Translations under genes and position numbers: made by a program
Shown here: in pieces, positions 36,955 to 46,333 of the stretch
Layout of the letters: each line of letters opens with the position of its first letter
Position numbering within the stretch: position 1 is the first letter of the stretch
NCBI GenBank assembly: GCA_041496385.1
Contig: JBGQEL010000013.1
Span: forward strand, 1 to 64,000
DNA length: 64,000 nt
Reading direction: 5' to 3'
Origin: Candidatus Methylomirabilia bacterium
GTDB lineage: Bacteria > Methylomirabilota > Methylomirabilia > Rokubacteriales > CSP1-6
Notes under the pieces: model-generated
The model's database searches: none
Seen by the model: only the letters and a program-made list of their open reading frames with translations
Told to the model about the DNA's origin: nothing

Positions 36955-38210
36955 CGCCAGCGGTCCAGGAGGTAGGGCTTCTGGCGCTCGAACGCCGCCC
37001 CGGCGCCGTCGAGGGCCGCATCGGTCGCCGCCGCGTCGCGGTGGCGCGTGGCGAGCACGAACGCCGCGGTGCGGCCGAGATAGAGCGGGACGAAGGAGCG
37101 CAGCAGGTGCTCCCGGTACACGACGCGGTAATGGTGGCCCAGCGCGAAGTCGTAGACCGCGCGCACCCAGAGCTCGTCCGGGAAGTCGAAGCGCGCGGTG
37201 GACGGCGTGTCGAGCGCGAGCACGTCGCCGTACGTCTCCGGAGCCAGGACGTGCTCCCAGATCGCCCCGAGGTCGCGCACGCCCCGGCGGAACGCGCCGA
37301 TCATGCGCTCGACGTCGAGCGGCACGGGCTCGATCGCCGGCACGGCGGGCGCGCCCGTCGCCGGGACCGGCTCGCTGTCCCCGACCTCGAGCCAGAGGTC
37401 CCCGTACCGGTCCATGACTTCGAACAGACCGCCGAGCACCTCCGCGACCACCGTCGGGAGGTCCGTCGTGCGCGTGCGGGACTCGACGCGCCGCCGCCCG
37501 AGCCAGGTCTCCCAGACCGCGAAGCCGCCCGCGATCGTCGTCCCCGCGATCCAGAGATCGGTGGCGTGCCGCCCGGACGCGGGCCAGCGGGCGTCGGTCG
37601 CGAGGCGGTCGAGCAGCCGGGCCGACAGCGCCGCTGCGCCGGGGACGGGCTGGTGCAGGCGGCGCCCGAAGAGGGCCCGGACCAGCGGCGCGAGCAGGAG
37701 GTTCGTGAGCGTCCCGTCGTACCGGTGGCGGGCGTACGCGGGGAGCACGAGGTCCGCCTTCTCCTCGAGCACCGGGCGCAGGAGCCGCTCGAGCCACTCG
37801 TCGGTGACGGAGGGCACGTCCGCCTCGAGGAGCACGAGCCCGCGCGCGCCGAGCCGGCTGGCGACGTCGAAGACGAGACGGAGCGCGGCGCCGCGGCCCG
37901 GCACGCCGTGAAAGGGGACCGCCGCGCGCTGGCCGGGTGGCGTCTCGTGCGTCCCGCGGACGAGCGGCAGCCCGGACCGCGCGAGCAGGTCGGGCGTCGC
38001 GTCCGACGAGCCGGCGTCGGCGTTGATCAGCGCGGCCGCGACGCCGGGGAAGTGCCGCTCGAGCCCGGCCCGGACGACCTCCACCACGGCGGGCACGGTC
38101 GCGGCGTTTTCGTACGTGAGGACGCCGATCGCGATCTCGCAGGGCGCCGCGACGTCGAGCGGCTGCGCGACGGCGGGCGGTGGCGCCGCCGAGGGGGCGG
38201 CGTCTGTCAT
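36951..38210 (-). CDS. GT2 glycosyltransferase, glucosylglycerate-synthase-like (degenerate motifs)
   Basis: [44 protein letters not shown]. Confidence 0.7.
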   Translation of the reverse strand: MTDAAPSAAPPPAVAQPLDVAAPCEIAIGVLTYENAATVPAVVEVVRAGLERHFPGVAAALINADAGSSDATPDLLARSGLPLVRGTHETPPGQRAAVPFHGVPGRGAALRLVFDVASRLGARGLVLLEADVPSVTDEWLERLLRPVLEEKADLVLPAYARHRYDGTLTNLLLAPLVRALFGRRLHQPVPGAAALSARLLDRLATDARWPASGRHATDLWIAGTTIAGGFAVWETWLGRRRVESRTRTTDLPTVVAEVLGGLFEVMDRYGDLWLEVGDSEPVPATGAPAVPAIEPVPLDVERMIGAFRRGVRDLGAIWEHVLAPETYGDVLALDTPSTARFDFPDELWVRAVYDFALGHHYRVVYREHLLRSFVPLYLGRTAAFVLATRHRDAAATDAALDGAGAAFERQKPYLLDRWR

Positions 38211-39394
38211 CGCGTGAGGTGGATCATGAGCGCCAGGAAGTCGGCCAGGTGCCGCGTCACCAGGAACGCGCGGCGCACGTGCTCGCGGCCGGCGGCGCCC
38301 ATCCGCGAGATCAGCTCCGGGTTGCTCAGGAGGTACCGGATCCGGAACGCGGCGCCCTCGACGGAGCGGACCGTGTAGCCGGTGACGTTGGGAATGATCT
38401 GCTGCGCGAGCCCGCCCGCGTCGCCGCCGATCACGGGCTTGCCCTTCCACATCGCCTCGGCCGGGCCCAGGTCGAAGCCCGCGGTCACGGACTTCTGGAG
38501 GACGATCGTCGCCGCGCGCTGGAGCGCGTTGATCTGGCGGTGTGCGTCGCCGGGCAGCTCCCGCAGGACGATGTCTCCGTCCTCCTCGGCCGCCTGGCGG
38601 AGATCGTTCCGGATCTCGGCGCGCGCCGGCTCGTCGTCCACCGTGCCCGCCAGGACCAGACGCACGTCGTGGTGGCGCTTCACGAGCCGGTAGGCGTTGA
38701 CGACGCCGATCGGATCGTGCGCGCGCGTGAAGGCGCCGATCTGGACCAGGAGCGGCTTGTCCTGGGCGACGCGGAGCGACCCGAGCACGTCGGCGACCTC
38801 GCGCGTCGAGAGATCGCGGTTCTTCTCCGCGAGCGGGTCGATCGCCGGCTGGACGACGTAGGAGGGGACGCCGAGGCGGCCCTCGAACCCCGGCAGCGAG
38901 ACGACGGTCGCGTCGTACCGGTCGGCGAGCTCGCGGAAGAAGGTCCAGGCGGCGGGGCGGGCCGCCGAGCAGTCGAAGTGGCACCGCCAGACCCAGCGTC
39001 CGTCCGTGCGGTGGACCACCAGGCTCGCGGGCTGCACGTCGTGGACGAGGACGAGGTCGGCGTCCAGCGCCAGCTTCTTCGCGTTCGCCCGGTTCATCTC
39101 GACCCAGCGCGCGAGGCCCTCCTCGCTGAGCACGCGCTCGTCGCCCTCGAGGGCCGCCTGGAGCGCGCGCGCGGTGGCGTAGTACGCCGGGTCGCCGCCG
39201 GTGATCTCCCAGCCCGCGTCGATCCCCAGGTCGTTGAGGAGCGGCACCGCGGTCCGGACGACCTCGGCCGCGCCGCCCAGCCGGCCGCCCGTCACGTGGA
39301 GGAAGCGGCGGCCCCGCACGCGCTCGGCGAGGCGCAGGAGGAGATCCACCGCGCGCGGCGGGGCCACGTGACGGTAGTCGTCGATCCTGGTCAC
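38207..39394 (-). CDS. TreT-like GT4 glycosyltransferase (degenerate motifs)
   Basis: [48 protein letters not shown] overlap. Confidence 0.75.
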   Translation of the reverse strand: MTRIDDYRHVAPPRAVDLLLRLAERVRGRRFLHVTGGRLGGAAEVVRTAVPLLNDLGIDAGWEITGGDPAYYATARALQAALEGDERVLSEEGLARWVEMNRANAKKLALDADLVLVHDVQPASLVVHRTDGRWVWRCHFDCSAARPAAWTFFRELADRYDATVVSLPGFEGRLGVPSYVVQPAIDPLAEKNRDLSTREVADVLGSLRVAQDKPLLVQIGAFTRAHDPIGVVNAYRLVKRHHDVRLVLAGTVDDEPARAEIRNDLRQAAEEDGDIVLRELPGDAHRQINALQRAATIVLQKSVTAGFDLGPAEAMWKGKPVIGGDAGGLAQQIIPNVTGYTVRSVEGAAFRIRYLLSNPELISRMGAAGREHVRRAFLVTRHLADFLALMIHLTR

Positions 39395-40056
39395 GCGCGC
39401 TCCTCCTCGAGCGCCCGATCCACGAGGCTCAGCAGCTGGCCACGGATGCGCTCGAGCGTCGTCAGGTACGGGTCGATGCGCTCGAACCGCTCGGCGAGGG
39501 CCGGCAGCTCGAGCTCCGTCCGCAGCCACTCCCCGAAATCCCCGGCGCGCCGGCCGTCGCGCGCGCGCGCCTCGATCGTGTGCAGGTAGATCGCGCTCGC
39601 GTCCGCGGCGGCGAGCCCCGCGCGGAACTCGGCGAGCGTGCTCGCGCGGAGGCCGAGCGGCACCTGCACGACGTGCGACTGCTGGAAGTGGAATCCGTGA
39701 TCGAACGGGACGCGCACGGCGCCCGCGCGCTCGCGCAGATGGCCCTGGAGGATCGTCACGAGGTGCTCACGGAGCGCCTCGAGCGTCGGGAAGGCGAAGG
39801 GGTCGACGACCGCCAGACGCTCGGCCAGGGCACCGTCGAAGATCTCGACCGCGGCCCACCGGGCGAAGTCGTTGCCGTACGCGGTCGTGAAGGGGCGGTG
39901 GTGGAGGAAATAGCCGAAGGTGTGGAAGAACACGGAGCCCGGGGGGATCTCGCCGAGCCGGTGCATCAGCTCGTGCGCGTCGAGCGCGTGCGTGTCGAGC
40001 GTCTGCCGCACCTCGACGCAGCCCATGAAGGCGAACGGACGCGCCGCGTCGCGCAT
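39391..40056 (-). CDS. DUF5752 family protein (usual treT partner)
   Basis: PFAF..C, SVFFH, YGNDFARW, LAERL..DP, duplicated half (AIYLH, GDFGEW). Confidence 0.8.
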   Translation of the reverse strand: MRDAARPFAFMGCVEVRQTLDTHALDAHELMHRLGEIPPGSVFFHTFGYFLHHRPFTTAYGNDFARWAAVEIFDGALAERLAVVDPFAFPTLEALREHLVTILQGHLRERAGAVRVPFDHGFHFQQSHVVQVPLGLRASTLAEFRAGLAAADASAIYLHTIEARARDGRRAGDFGEWLRTELELPALAERFERIDPYLTTLERIRGQLLSLVDRALEEERA

Positions 40057-40137
40057 CGTCAACCGCCGCCGGACCGAAGCGTCGTCATGTCGGATCCATG
40101 GGCCTCACGCCGATCGTACCCCGGCGGCGCGACGGTG

Positions 40138-40917
40138 TCAGCCGAGGGCGATCGCGACCCGGCGGAGCAGCGCCTGCATCCCCCTGACGTCGGCCACGCG
40201 GTAGTCGGCGACGCTCGGGCCCCACCCCACCCGCACGGTGACGGCGCGCGTCTTCAGCGCCGCGAACGCCGCCTCGTCGGTGGTGTCGTCGCCCGCGTAC
40301 AGTATAGTGGCGCGGCGGGGCCGGAGCGCCCGCACGGCGCGGAGCCCGATCCAGCGGGCGGCTTCCCCCTTGGTCCAGCCGACCCGCGGCACGAACTCGA
40401 AGACCTCCCGCCCCGAGATGAGCGTCAGGCTCGGCACGCGGCGCAGCACGTGCGCCGCCAGCTCGCGCACCGCCCGGCGCCGCGCGGGCGGGACGTGGCG
40501 ATAGTGGAGACTCACCGCGAGCCGCTTGAACTCGACGAACGCGCCGGGGATCTCGGCCGCCCCCGCGCCCAGCGCGGCCCGCGCCGCGACGACACTCGCC
40601 AGGCGGATCCGCGGGTGGCGGAACGAGAGCCCGGCGCCCTCGATCTCCAGGCCGTGGCAGCCGGCGTACACCACGCCGCGCAGCCCGACGCGGGCTCTCA
40701 GGTCATCGATGCCGCGACCCGACAGGATCGCCAGCCGCGCCCGACGATTGCCGGCCAGCCGCGCGAGCGTCGCCCGGACCGACGGCGCCAGCCGGGCGGC
40801 GTCTGGCGCGCCGACGATGGGCGTGAGCGTGCCGTCGTAGTCCAGGATCGCGACAAGGCCAGCCCCGCGGCCGAGCTCCCGCTCGATCCGTGCGAGGAGG
40901 CGGCGCGGGAGACTCAG
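40138..40917 (-). CDS. otsB: trehalose-6-phosphate phosphatase
   Basis: LDYDGTL, LSGR, AGCHGLE, SLHYR, KG, AGDDTTDEAAF. Start uncertain (CTG overlapping the otsA TGA). Confidence 0.88.
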   Translation of the reverse strand: MSLPRRLLARIERELGRGAGLVAILDYDGTLTPIVGAPDAARLAPSVRATLARLAGNRRARLAILSGRGIDDLRARVGLRGVVYAGCHGLEIEGAGLSFRHPRIRLASVVAARAALGAGAAEIPGAFVEFKRLAVSLHYRHVPPARRRAVRELAAHVLRRVPSLTLISGREVFEFVPRVGWTKGEAARWIGLRAVRALRPRRATILYAGDDTTDEAAFAALKTRAVTVRVGWGPSVADYRVADVRGMQALLRRVAIALG

Positions 40918-43148
40918 GACACCTTGACGGCGGCTGGGTCGATCGAGATCCGCGACAGCTCGTTCAGCAACAGACCGGCCCAGCGGTAGATGTTGTGCTC
41001 GCGCACGACACGGCGCATCCGCTGCATCCGCGCGCGGCGCTCCTCCTCGGGCATCTCGATCGCCGCACGAACCGCCTCGGCCGTCTCCGCCTGATCGTAC
41101 GGGTTCACGATGAGCGCGTCGCGCAGCTCGTGCGAGGCGCCGGTGAACCGGCTGAGGATCAGCACGCCGTCCTCGTCGTCGCGGACCGAGACGAACTCCT
41201 TGGCGACGAGATTCATCCCGTCGTGGAGCGAGGTCACCATGCAGAAATCGGCGTGGCGGTAGAAGGCCCAGATGTCGCGGTGCTCGTGGTGGCGGTTCAG
41301 GTAGAGGATCGGGCGCCAGCTCCGCGTCTCCCACCGCTGGTTCACCTCGCGGATGGTCGTCTCCACCTCGTGCTGGAGCTCCGCGTAGCGCGGGATCGTC
41401 GACCGGCTCGGCGCGCCGAGCTGCACGAAGACGAGCCGCTCGCGATACTCGGGGTGCCGCTCGAAGAACGCGCCGAGCGCGCGGAAGCGCTCGGGCAGGC
41501 CCTTCGTGTAGTCCACGCGCTCCACGCCCACGCCGAGGAACTCGGCCGTGACGCCGAGCTCGCGCAGGAGCTGCGCGCGCGAGATCGCAGGCGGCTCCTC
41601 GACGAACTCGGGCGCCACGCTGATCGGGAACGGCTTCACGTGCGTCGCGTGCTCGCCACGCGTGACCTCGAAGTTCCCCCAGTCGATGCGCGCCTCCAGC
41701 ACCCGGTCCACGGTCTCCAGGAAGTTGTTGCAGTGGTACTGCGTGTGGAAGCCGATGAGGTCGGCGCCGAGCATGCCCTCGAGCAGCTCCCGCTGCCAGG
41801 GGCAGATGCCGAACGCCTCGAAGTTCGGCCACGGGATGTGCCAGAAGATGGCGACGCGCGCGTCGGGCCGCTCGGCCTTGAGGAGCGTCGGGAGGAGCGC
41901 GAAGTGATAGTCCTGGATCAGCACCAGCGGGCTCTCCGCCTCGCGGATCTCGTCGAGGACGGTCTCGGCGAACTTGCGGTTCACGGCGAGATAGTCCGCG
42001 AAGTCGTCCGGGCGGAAGACGGGCCGGGTGTGGACGATGTGGCAGAGCGGCCAGAGCCCTTCGTTGGCGAAGCCGTAGTAGTAGCCCTGCTCCTCCTCCT
42101 CGGAGAGCCACACGCGACGGAGCGTGTAGCGCGGATCGTCCTCGGGCAGGCCGAGCCGCCCGCGCCCGTCCGCCGTCTCCCGGTCGGCGTCACCGTTCGC
42201 GTGGGCGACCCAGACGCCGCCGCACGCGCGCATGACCGGCTCCATGGCGGTGACGAGCCCGCTCGCCGGGATCCGCGCCTCGACCTTCCCGTTCTTCCAG
42301 CTGTGCGTCACCGGCTCGCGGTTGGACACGACGACGAGCGGGCGGCGGTCGAGGCTCAGGCCCACGAACTGCCTGAGCCGCTCCTCGGTCCAGACCGTCT
42401 CGCCGGAGATGCGCAGCGCCGCCTCCAGATGCGCCGCCGCCTGGGCGCGCTGCATGCTCCGCGCGAGGCGGGACACCTCGCTCGCGAGCGGGCCGAAGAG
42501 CGCGGCGTCGGACACCGACGGCGGCGCGACCCGGCGGCCCGTCCGGAGGGCGCGGGTCCACTCCGACATCCGGGCCATGGGGCGCGTGATCGCGCTCTGC
42601 ACGATCACGAGCGCGATCATCGACACGACCGCCGCAAGGATGACGAAGTGCACGGCGTTGGTGCGCCAGACGCTCCACTCGGCGGCGGGGAGGTGCGAGG
42701 CGTCGAGCACGACGGCGAGGGCGCCCACGACCTTCTCGTCGCGGTGGAGCGGCGTCACGTAGACGTACCGCTCGGCGTTGCCGAGCGTCCGGAAGCCGCG
42801 GGTGACCGCGTCCTCCGCGAGGGCCTCGGTGGCCTCGGGGAGCGACGGCGGCAGGGCGGGGGCCAGGTCCGGAGTCGCGACCATGAGATTCGCGACCCGG
42901 TCGTAGACCGCGATCCCGCGCGTCGGCCGGCCGAGCTTCGTCAGGAGGCGCTCGACGGCCGCCGTGGAGCCGCGCGCGACCACGGGCTCGAGCGTCTCCT
43001 TCAGGCTCTCGCCGAGGAGCAGGGCGCGGCGCTCGAGGTCGGCGCTGAGTCGCTCGCGCTCCTCGCGGACCTGCAGGAATGCGAAGCCCGCGATGACGAG
43101 CAGCGCGCCGAGCCAGATCGCCGTGACGAGTCGTAGCGTGAGCTTCAT
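40914..43148 (-). CDS. otsA: trehalose-6-phosphate synthase with N-terminal TM-extracytoplasmic-TM-HAMP module
   Basis: GT20: VVSNREP, YYYGFANEGLWPLCH, QDYH, HIPWP, ERVDYTKG, DGMNLVAKE; N-terminal two TM helices and ITRPMARM HAMP-like segment. Confidence 0.9.
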   Translation of the reverse strand: MKLTLRLVTAIWLGALLVIAGFAFLQVREERERLSADLERRALLLGESLKETLEPVVARGSTAAVERLLTKLGRPTRGIAVYDRVANLMVATPDLAPALPPSLPEATEALAEDAVTRGFRTLGNAERYVYVTPLHRDEKVVGALAVVLDASHLPAAEWSVWRTNAVHFVILAAVVSMIALVIVQSAITRPMARMSEWTRALRTGRRVAPPSVSDAALFGPLASEVSRLARSMQRAQAAAHLEAALRISGETVWTEERLRQFVGLSLDRRPLVVVSNREPVTHSWKNGKVEARIPASGLVTAMEPVMRACGGVWVAHANGDADRETADGRGRLGLPEDDPRYTLRRVWLSEEEEQGYYYGFANEGLWPLCHIVHTRPVFRPDDFADYLAVNRKFAETVLDEIREAESPLVLIQDYHFALLPTLLKAERPDARVAIFWHIPWPNFEAFGICPWQRELLEGMLGADLIGFHTQYHCNNFLETVDRVLEARIDWGNFEVTRGEHATHVKPFPISVAPEFVEEPPAISRAQLLRELGVTAEFLGVGVERVDYTKGLPERFRALGAFFERHPEYRERLVFVQLGAPSRSTIPRYAELQHEVETTIREVNQRWETRSWRPILYLNRHHEHRDIWAFYRHADFCMVTSLHDGMNLVAKEFVSVRDDEDGVLILSRFTGASHELRDALIVNPYDQAETAEAVRAAIEMPEEERRARMQRMRRVVREHNIYRWAGLLLNELSRISIDPAAVKVS

Positions 43149-43201
43149 TAGTTGACCGGCGTTGAGTTCGGCCGAAGCGGCCGCGTCGCGAAAACGCAGC
43201 C

Positions 43202-43233
43202 AGTCTACCCCGAAATCCGGTTTCCGGAAACCG
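43202..43233 (-). promoter_or_regulatory. putative otsA promoter with overlapping 16-bp palindrome
   Basis: TAGACT (43207-43202); perfect palindrome CGGTTTCCGGAAACCG (43218-43233) covers the -35 position. Confidence 0.45.
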
Positions 43234-43236
43234 CCG

Positions 43237-43636
43237 TACGTCAAGCTGGAGGTGACGCCGCTGCCGTGGCTCCGGCTCGTCACCGGCGCGCGGGGCGACA
43301 TCTTCCACTACGACGTGAGCGACAACCTCGGCGGCGCGGGCGGCCGGCTGCCTCGCCGCGAGCCTCGGCATGCGCCACCTCGGCGACCGCTACGCCGACG
43401 AGGAGCGTCGCCAGACCGCGCGCGGCTACACCCTCTTCGACCTCACGGCCCGGTATCGCTACCGGTGGCTCGAGTTCTTCGCCAGCGTCGAGAACCTCAC
43501 GGACGTGGACTGGCGCGAGGCGCAGTTCTTCTTCACGTCACGGCTGCCCGGCGAGCCCGCCGCCGGCGTGCCCGACGTCCACTTCACCCCGGGCAATCCG
43601 AGGACGCTGCTCGGCGGCGTCGCCGCGCGCTTCTGA
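43237..43636 (+). pseudogene. TonB-dependent receptor remnant (no N-terminus, internal deletion/frameshift)
   Basis: Frame A YVKLEVTPLPWLRLVTGARGDIFHYDV; frame B GYTLFDLTARYRY..VENLTD...GNPRTLLGGVAARF* with terminal Phe typical of outer-membrane barrels. Confidence 0.75.
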
Positions 43637-43666
43637 GCGTCCGGCTGTGGTAGCGTTGCCGCCATC

Positions 43667-44437
43667 GTGGCGCTCCTCGAGGTTCGCGGGCTCGCGAAGA
43701 GCTTCTACGGCGTCCGCGCGCTCAACGGCGCCGACCTGGCCGTCGCGCGCGGCACGATCACCGGCCTGATCGGGCCGAACGGCGCCGGCAAGACCACGCT
43801 CTTCCACTGCGTCTCGGGCCTCGTCCCGCCCGACGCGGGGACCGTCCGCTTCGACGGCGAGGACATCACCGGCTGGCGCGCCGACCGCGTCACCCAGCGC
43901 GGCCTCGTCCGCACGTTCCAGATCGCGCGCGGCTTTCCCCGCCTCTCCGTACGCGAGAACCTGCTCCTCTACGGCGCGCGACAGCCGGGTGAACGCCTCG
44001 TCGCCGCCGTGCGCGGCGCCCGAGCCGCGCGCCGGCGGGAGGCGGAGCTGAGCGAGCGCGCGGGCGCCGTGGCCCGGCGCCTCGGGCTCACGCGCGTCCT
44101 CGACGGGCCCGCGGCGGAGCTCTCCGGCGGACAGAAGAAGCTGCTCGAGCTGGGCCGCGCGCTCATGACCGATCCGCAGCTCGTCCTCCTCGACGAGCCG
44201 ATCGCCGGCGTGAACCCGAGCCTCGCGAACGAGATCGCCGCGCACCTGGAGACGCTCAGGGGCCAGGGCCTCACCTTCCTCGTCATCGAGCACCACCTCG
44301 ACATGATCGCCCGGCTATGCGCGCCCGTGATCGTCCTGGCCGAGGGCCGTCACCTCGCCGAGGGAAGCTTCGCCGAGGTCGCGGCGGACGCGCGCGTGCA
44401 GGAGGCGTACATGGGACGGCGGGCGTGGGCCTCCTGA
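43667..44437 (+). CDS. branched-chain amino acid type ABC ATP-binding protein (LivG-like)
   Basis: GPNGAGKTT, RTFQ, LSGGQKK, DEPIAGVNP, VQEAY. Confidence 0.9.
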   Translation: MALLEVRGLAKSFYGVRALNGADLAVARGTITGLIGPNGAGKTTLFHCVSGLVPPDAGTVRFDGEDITGWRADRVTQRGLVRTFQIARGFPRLSVRENLLLYGARQPGERLVAAVRGARAARRREAELSERAGAVARRLGLTRVLDGPAAELSGGQKKLLELGRALMTDPQLVLLDEPIAGVNPSLANEIAAHLETLRGQGLTFLVIEHHLDMIARLCAPVIVLAEGRHLAEGSFAEVAADARVQEAYMGRRAWAS

Positions 44438-45132
44438 GCGCCCGCGGCCTCGTCGCCGGCTACACGGCGACCGACGAGATCCTGAAATCGGTGGATCTGG
44501 ACCTCGAGCCCGGCGAGATCGTCGCGATCATCGGACCGAACGGCGCCGGCAAGTCCACGCTCCTCAAGGTCGTCGCCGGCATCCTCGTGCCGAGCCGCGG
44601 GAGCGTGCGGCTCCGCGGCGAGCCGATCCACGGCCGGCCGCCGCGCGAGATCAGCGCCCTCGGCGTGGCCTTCGTGCCGCAGGAGCAGAACGTGTTCCCG
44701 AGCCTCTCCGTGCGCGAGAACCTCGAGATCGGCGGCTACGTGGACCCGCGAGGCAGCGGGACCAAGATCGAGGCGATCTTCGCGCGCTTCCCGCAGCTCG
44801 CGGAGAAACGCCGCCAGGCCGCGCGCACCCTCTCGGGGGGCCAGCGCCAGATCCTGGCGATGGCCATGGCGCTCATGGTCGAGCCCGCGGTCCTGCTCCT
44901 CGACGAGCCCTCCGCCGGGCTCGCGCCGCGGGCCGCGGAAAAACTCTTTGAAACGATCGCCGGGATCAACGAAGATGGCGTCTCGATCGCGATGGTGGAG
45001 CAGAACGCGCTCGAGGCGCTGGCGATCGCGCGGCGGGGCACGATCCTCGTGGATGGGCGCGTGAGCCGGACGGGCCCCGCCGCCGAGCTCGCCCGCGACC
45101 CCGACGTGCGTCGAATCTTCCTGGGAGGATAG
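44425..45132 (+). CDS. branched-chain amino acid type ABC ATP-binding protein (LivF-like)
   Basis: GPNGAGKST, LSGGQRQ, DEPSAGLAP, VEQNA. Confidence 0.9.
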   Translation: MGLLSARGLVAGYTATDEILKSVDLDLEPGEIVAIIGPNGAGKSTLLKVVAGILVPSRGSVRLRGEPIHGRPPREISALGVAFVPQEQNVFPSLSVRENLEIGGYVDPRGSGTKIEAIFARFPQLAEKRRQAARTLSGGQRQILAMAMALMVEPAVLLLDEPSAGLAPRAAEKLFETIAGINEDGVSIAMVEQNALEALAIARRGTILVDGRVSRTGPAAELARDPDVRRIFLGG

Positions 45133-45136
45133 CGCG

Positions 45137-46333
45137 ATGACGTCCCGCCGCACCGTGCTCAAGGGTGCCGCCGCCCTCACCGTCACGAGCCTCGCCCCGG
45201 CGTTCGTCCGGGCGCAGGGCGCCCCGATCAAGCTCGGGACGCTCACGCCGCTCACCGGGGCGGGCGGCAACTACGGCCCATCCATGCGGAAGGCGATGGA
45301 GTGGGTCGCGGGCGAGGTGAACGCCGCCGGCGGCGTCCTCGGGCGCCCGCTCCAGCTCGTGAGCGAGGACGACCAGACGAATCCCGACGCCGCGGTGCGC
45401 GCCGCGCGGAAGCTGATCGACGTCGACCGCGTCGCCGCGATCATGGGCACCTGGGCCTCCGCGGTGACGACGGCGGTCGCGCCGCTCTGCTGGGAGAGCA
45501 AGACGTTCCTCACGACCGTGTCGGGCTCGGACACGATCACGCTCCTGCCGCATCAGGGATACCTGATCCGCACCCAGCCCAACACCATCCTCCAGGGCCG
45601 GAAGTTCGCCGAGTTCATGGCGTCCCTCGGGAGCAAGCGCGCCGCGATCCTGGCGATCCAGGCGCCGTTCGCGCTGCCGACGCAGAAGATCGTCGGCGAG
45701 GAGCTGAAGAAGCGCGGTGCGGAGCTCGTGGCCGCCGTCGTCTACGACAAAGACAAGACGACCTACCGATCGGAGATCGATCAGGTCCTCCGCGCGAAGC
45801 CCGACATGATCTATCTCAACGGCTACACGCCCGACGTCACGGTCGTGCTGAAGGACCTCTACAAGGCGGGCTACACGGGCGCCAAGATCGCGCAGGCGTA
45901 CGCGGTGAACCAGAAGCTGCTCAACGCCCTGCCGCCCGAGGTCACCGACGGCACCTACACCATCGCGCCGTCGCCCTCGATCGACTCGACGGCGTACAGA
46001 CGTCTGGCCCGGGCGCTCGGCAACGACGACCTCGACCCGTACTCCTGCCAGTGCCACGACCACGTGAGCCTCGTCGTCCTCGCGATCGCCCACGCCAGGG
46101 GCGAGGCCACGGGCACGGCGATCCGCGACCACGTCCGTCGGATCTCGCAGGGGTCCGGCGCCAAGGTGGAGAGCGCGGTCGAGGGCCTGAAGCTCATCGC
46201 GCAGGGCAAGGAGATCAACTACGACGGCGCGAGCGGCCCCTGCGACTTCACCGAGATCGGCGATATCCTGGACACCAAGTTCAGGTACGAGCAGGCGGAG
46301 AAGGGGAACTTCAAGCTCCTGAAAATTGCCTGA
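45137..46333 (+). CDS. LivK-family ABC substrate-binding protein with Tat-like signal
   Basis: SRRTVLK; IKLGTLTPLTG, VNAAGGVLG, INYDGASG. Confidence 0.88.
   Translation: MTSRRTVLKGAAALTVTSLAPAFVRAQGAPIKLGTLTPLTGAGGNYGPSMRKAMEWVAGEVNAAGGVLGRPLQLVSEDDQTNPDAAVRAARKLIDVDRVAAIMGTWASAVTTAVAPLCWESKTFLTTVSGSDTITLLPHQGYLIRTQPNTILQGRKFAEFMASLGSKRAAILAIQAPFALPTQKIVGEELKKRGAELVAAVVYDKDKTTYRSEIDQVLRAKPDMIYLNGYTPDVTVVLKDLYKAGYTGAKIAQAYAVNQKLLNALPPEVTDGTYTIAPSPSIDSTAYRRLARALGNDDLDPYSCQCHDHVSLVVLAIAHARGEATGTAIRDHVRRISQGSGAKVESAVEGLKLIAQGKEINYDGASGPCDFTEIGDILDTKFRYEQAEKGNFKLLKIA

Noticed and set aside
40060..40100. Tiny uORFs (MDPT*, MTTLRSGGG*) before DUF5752
   Set aside because: Too short to distinguish from chance.
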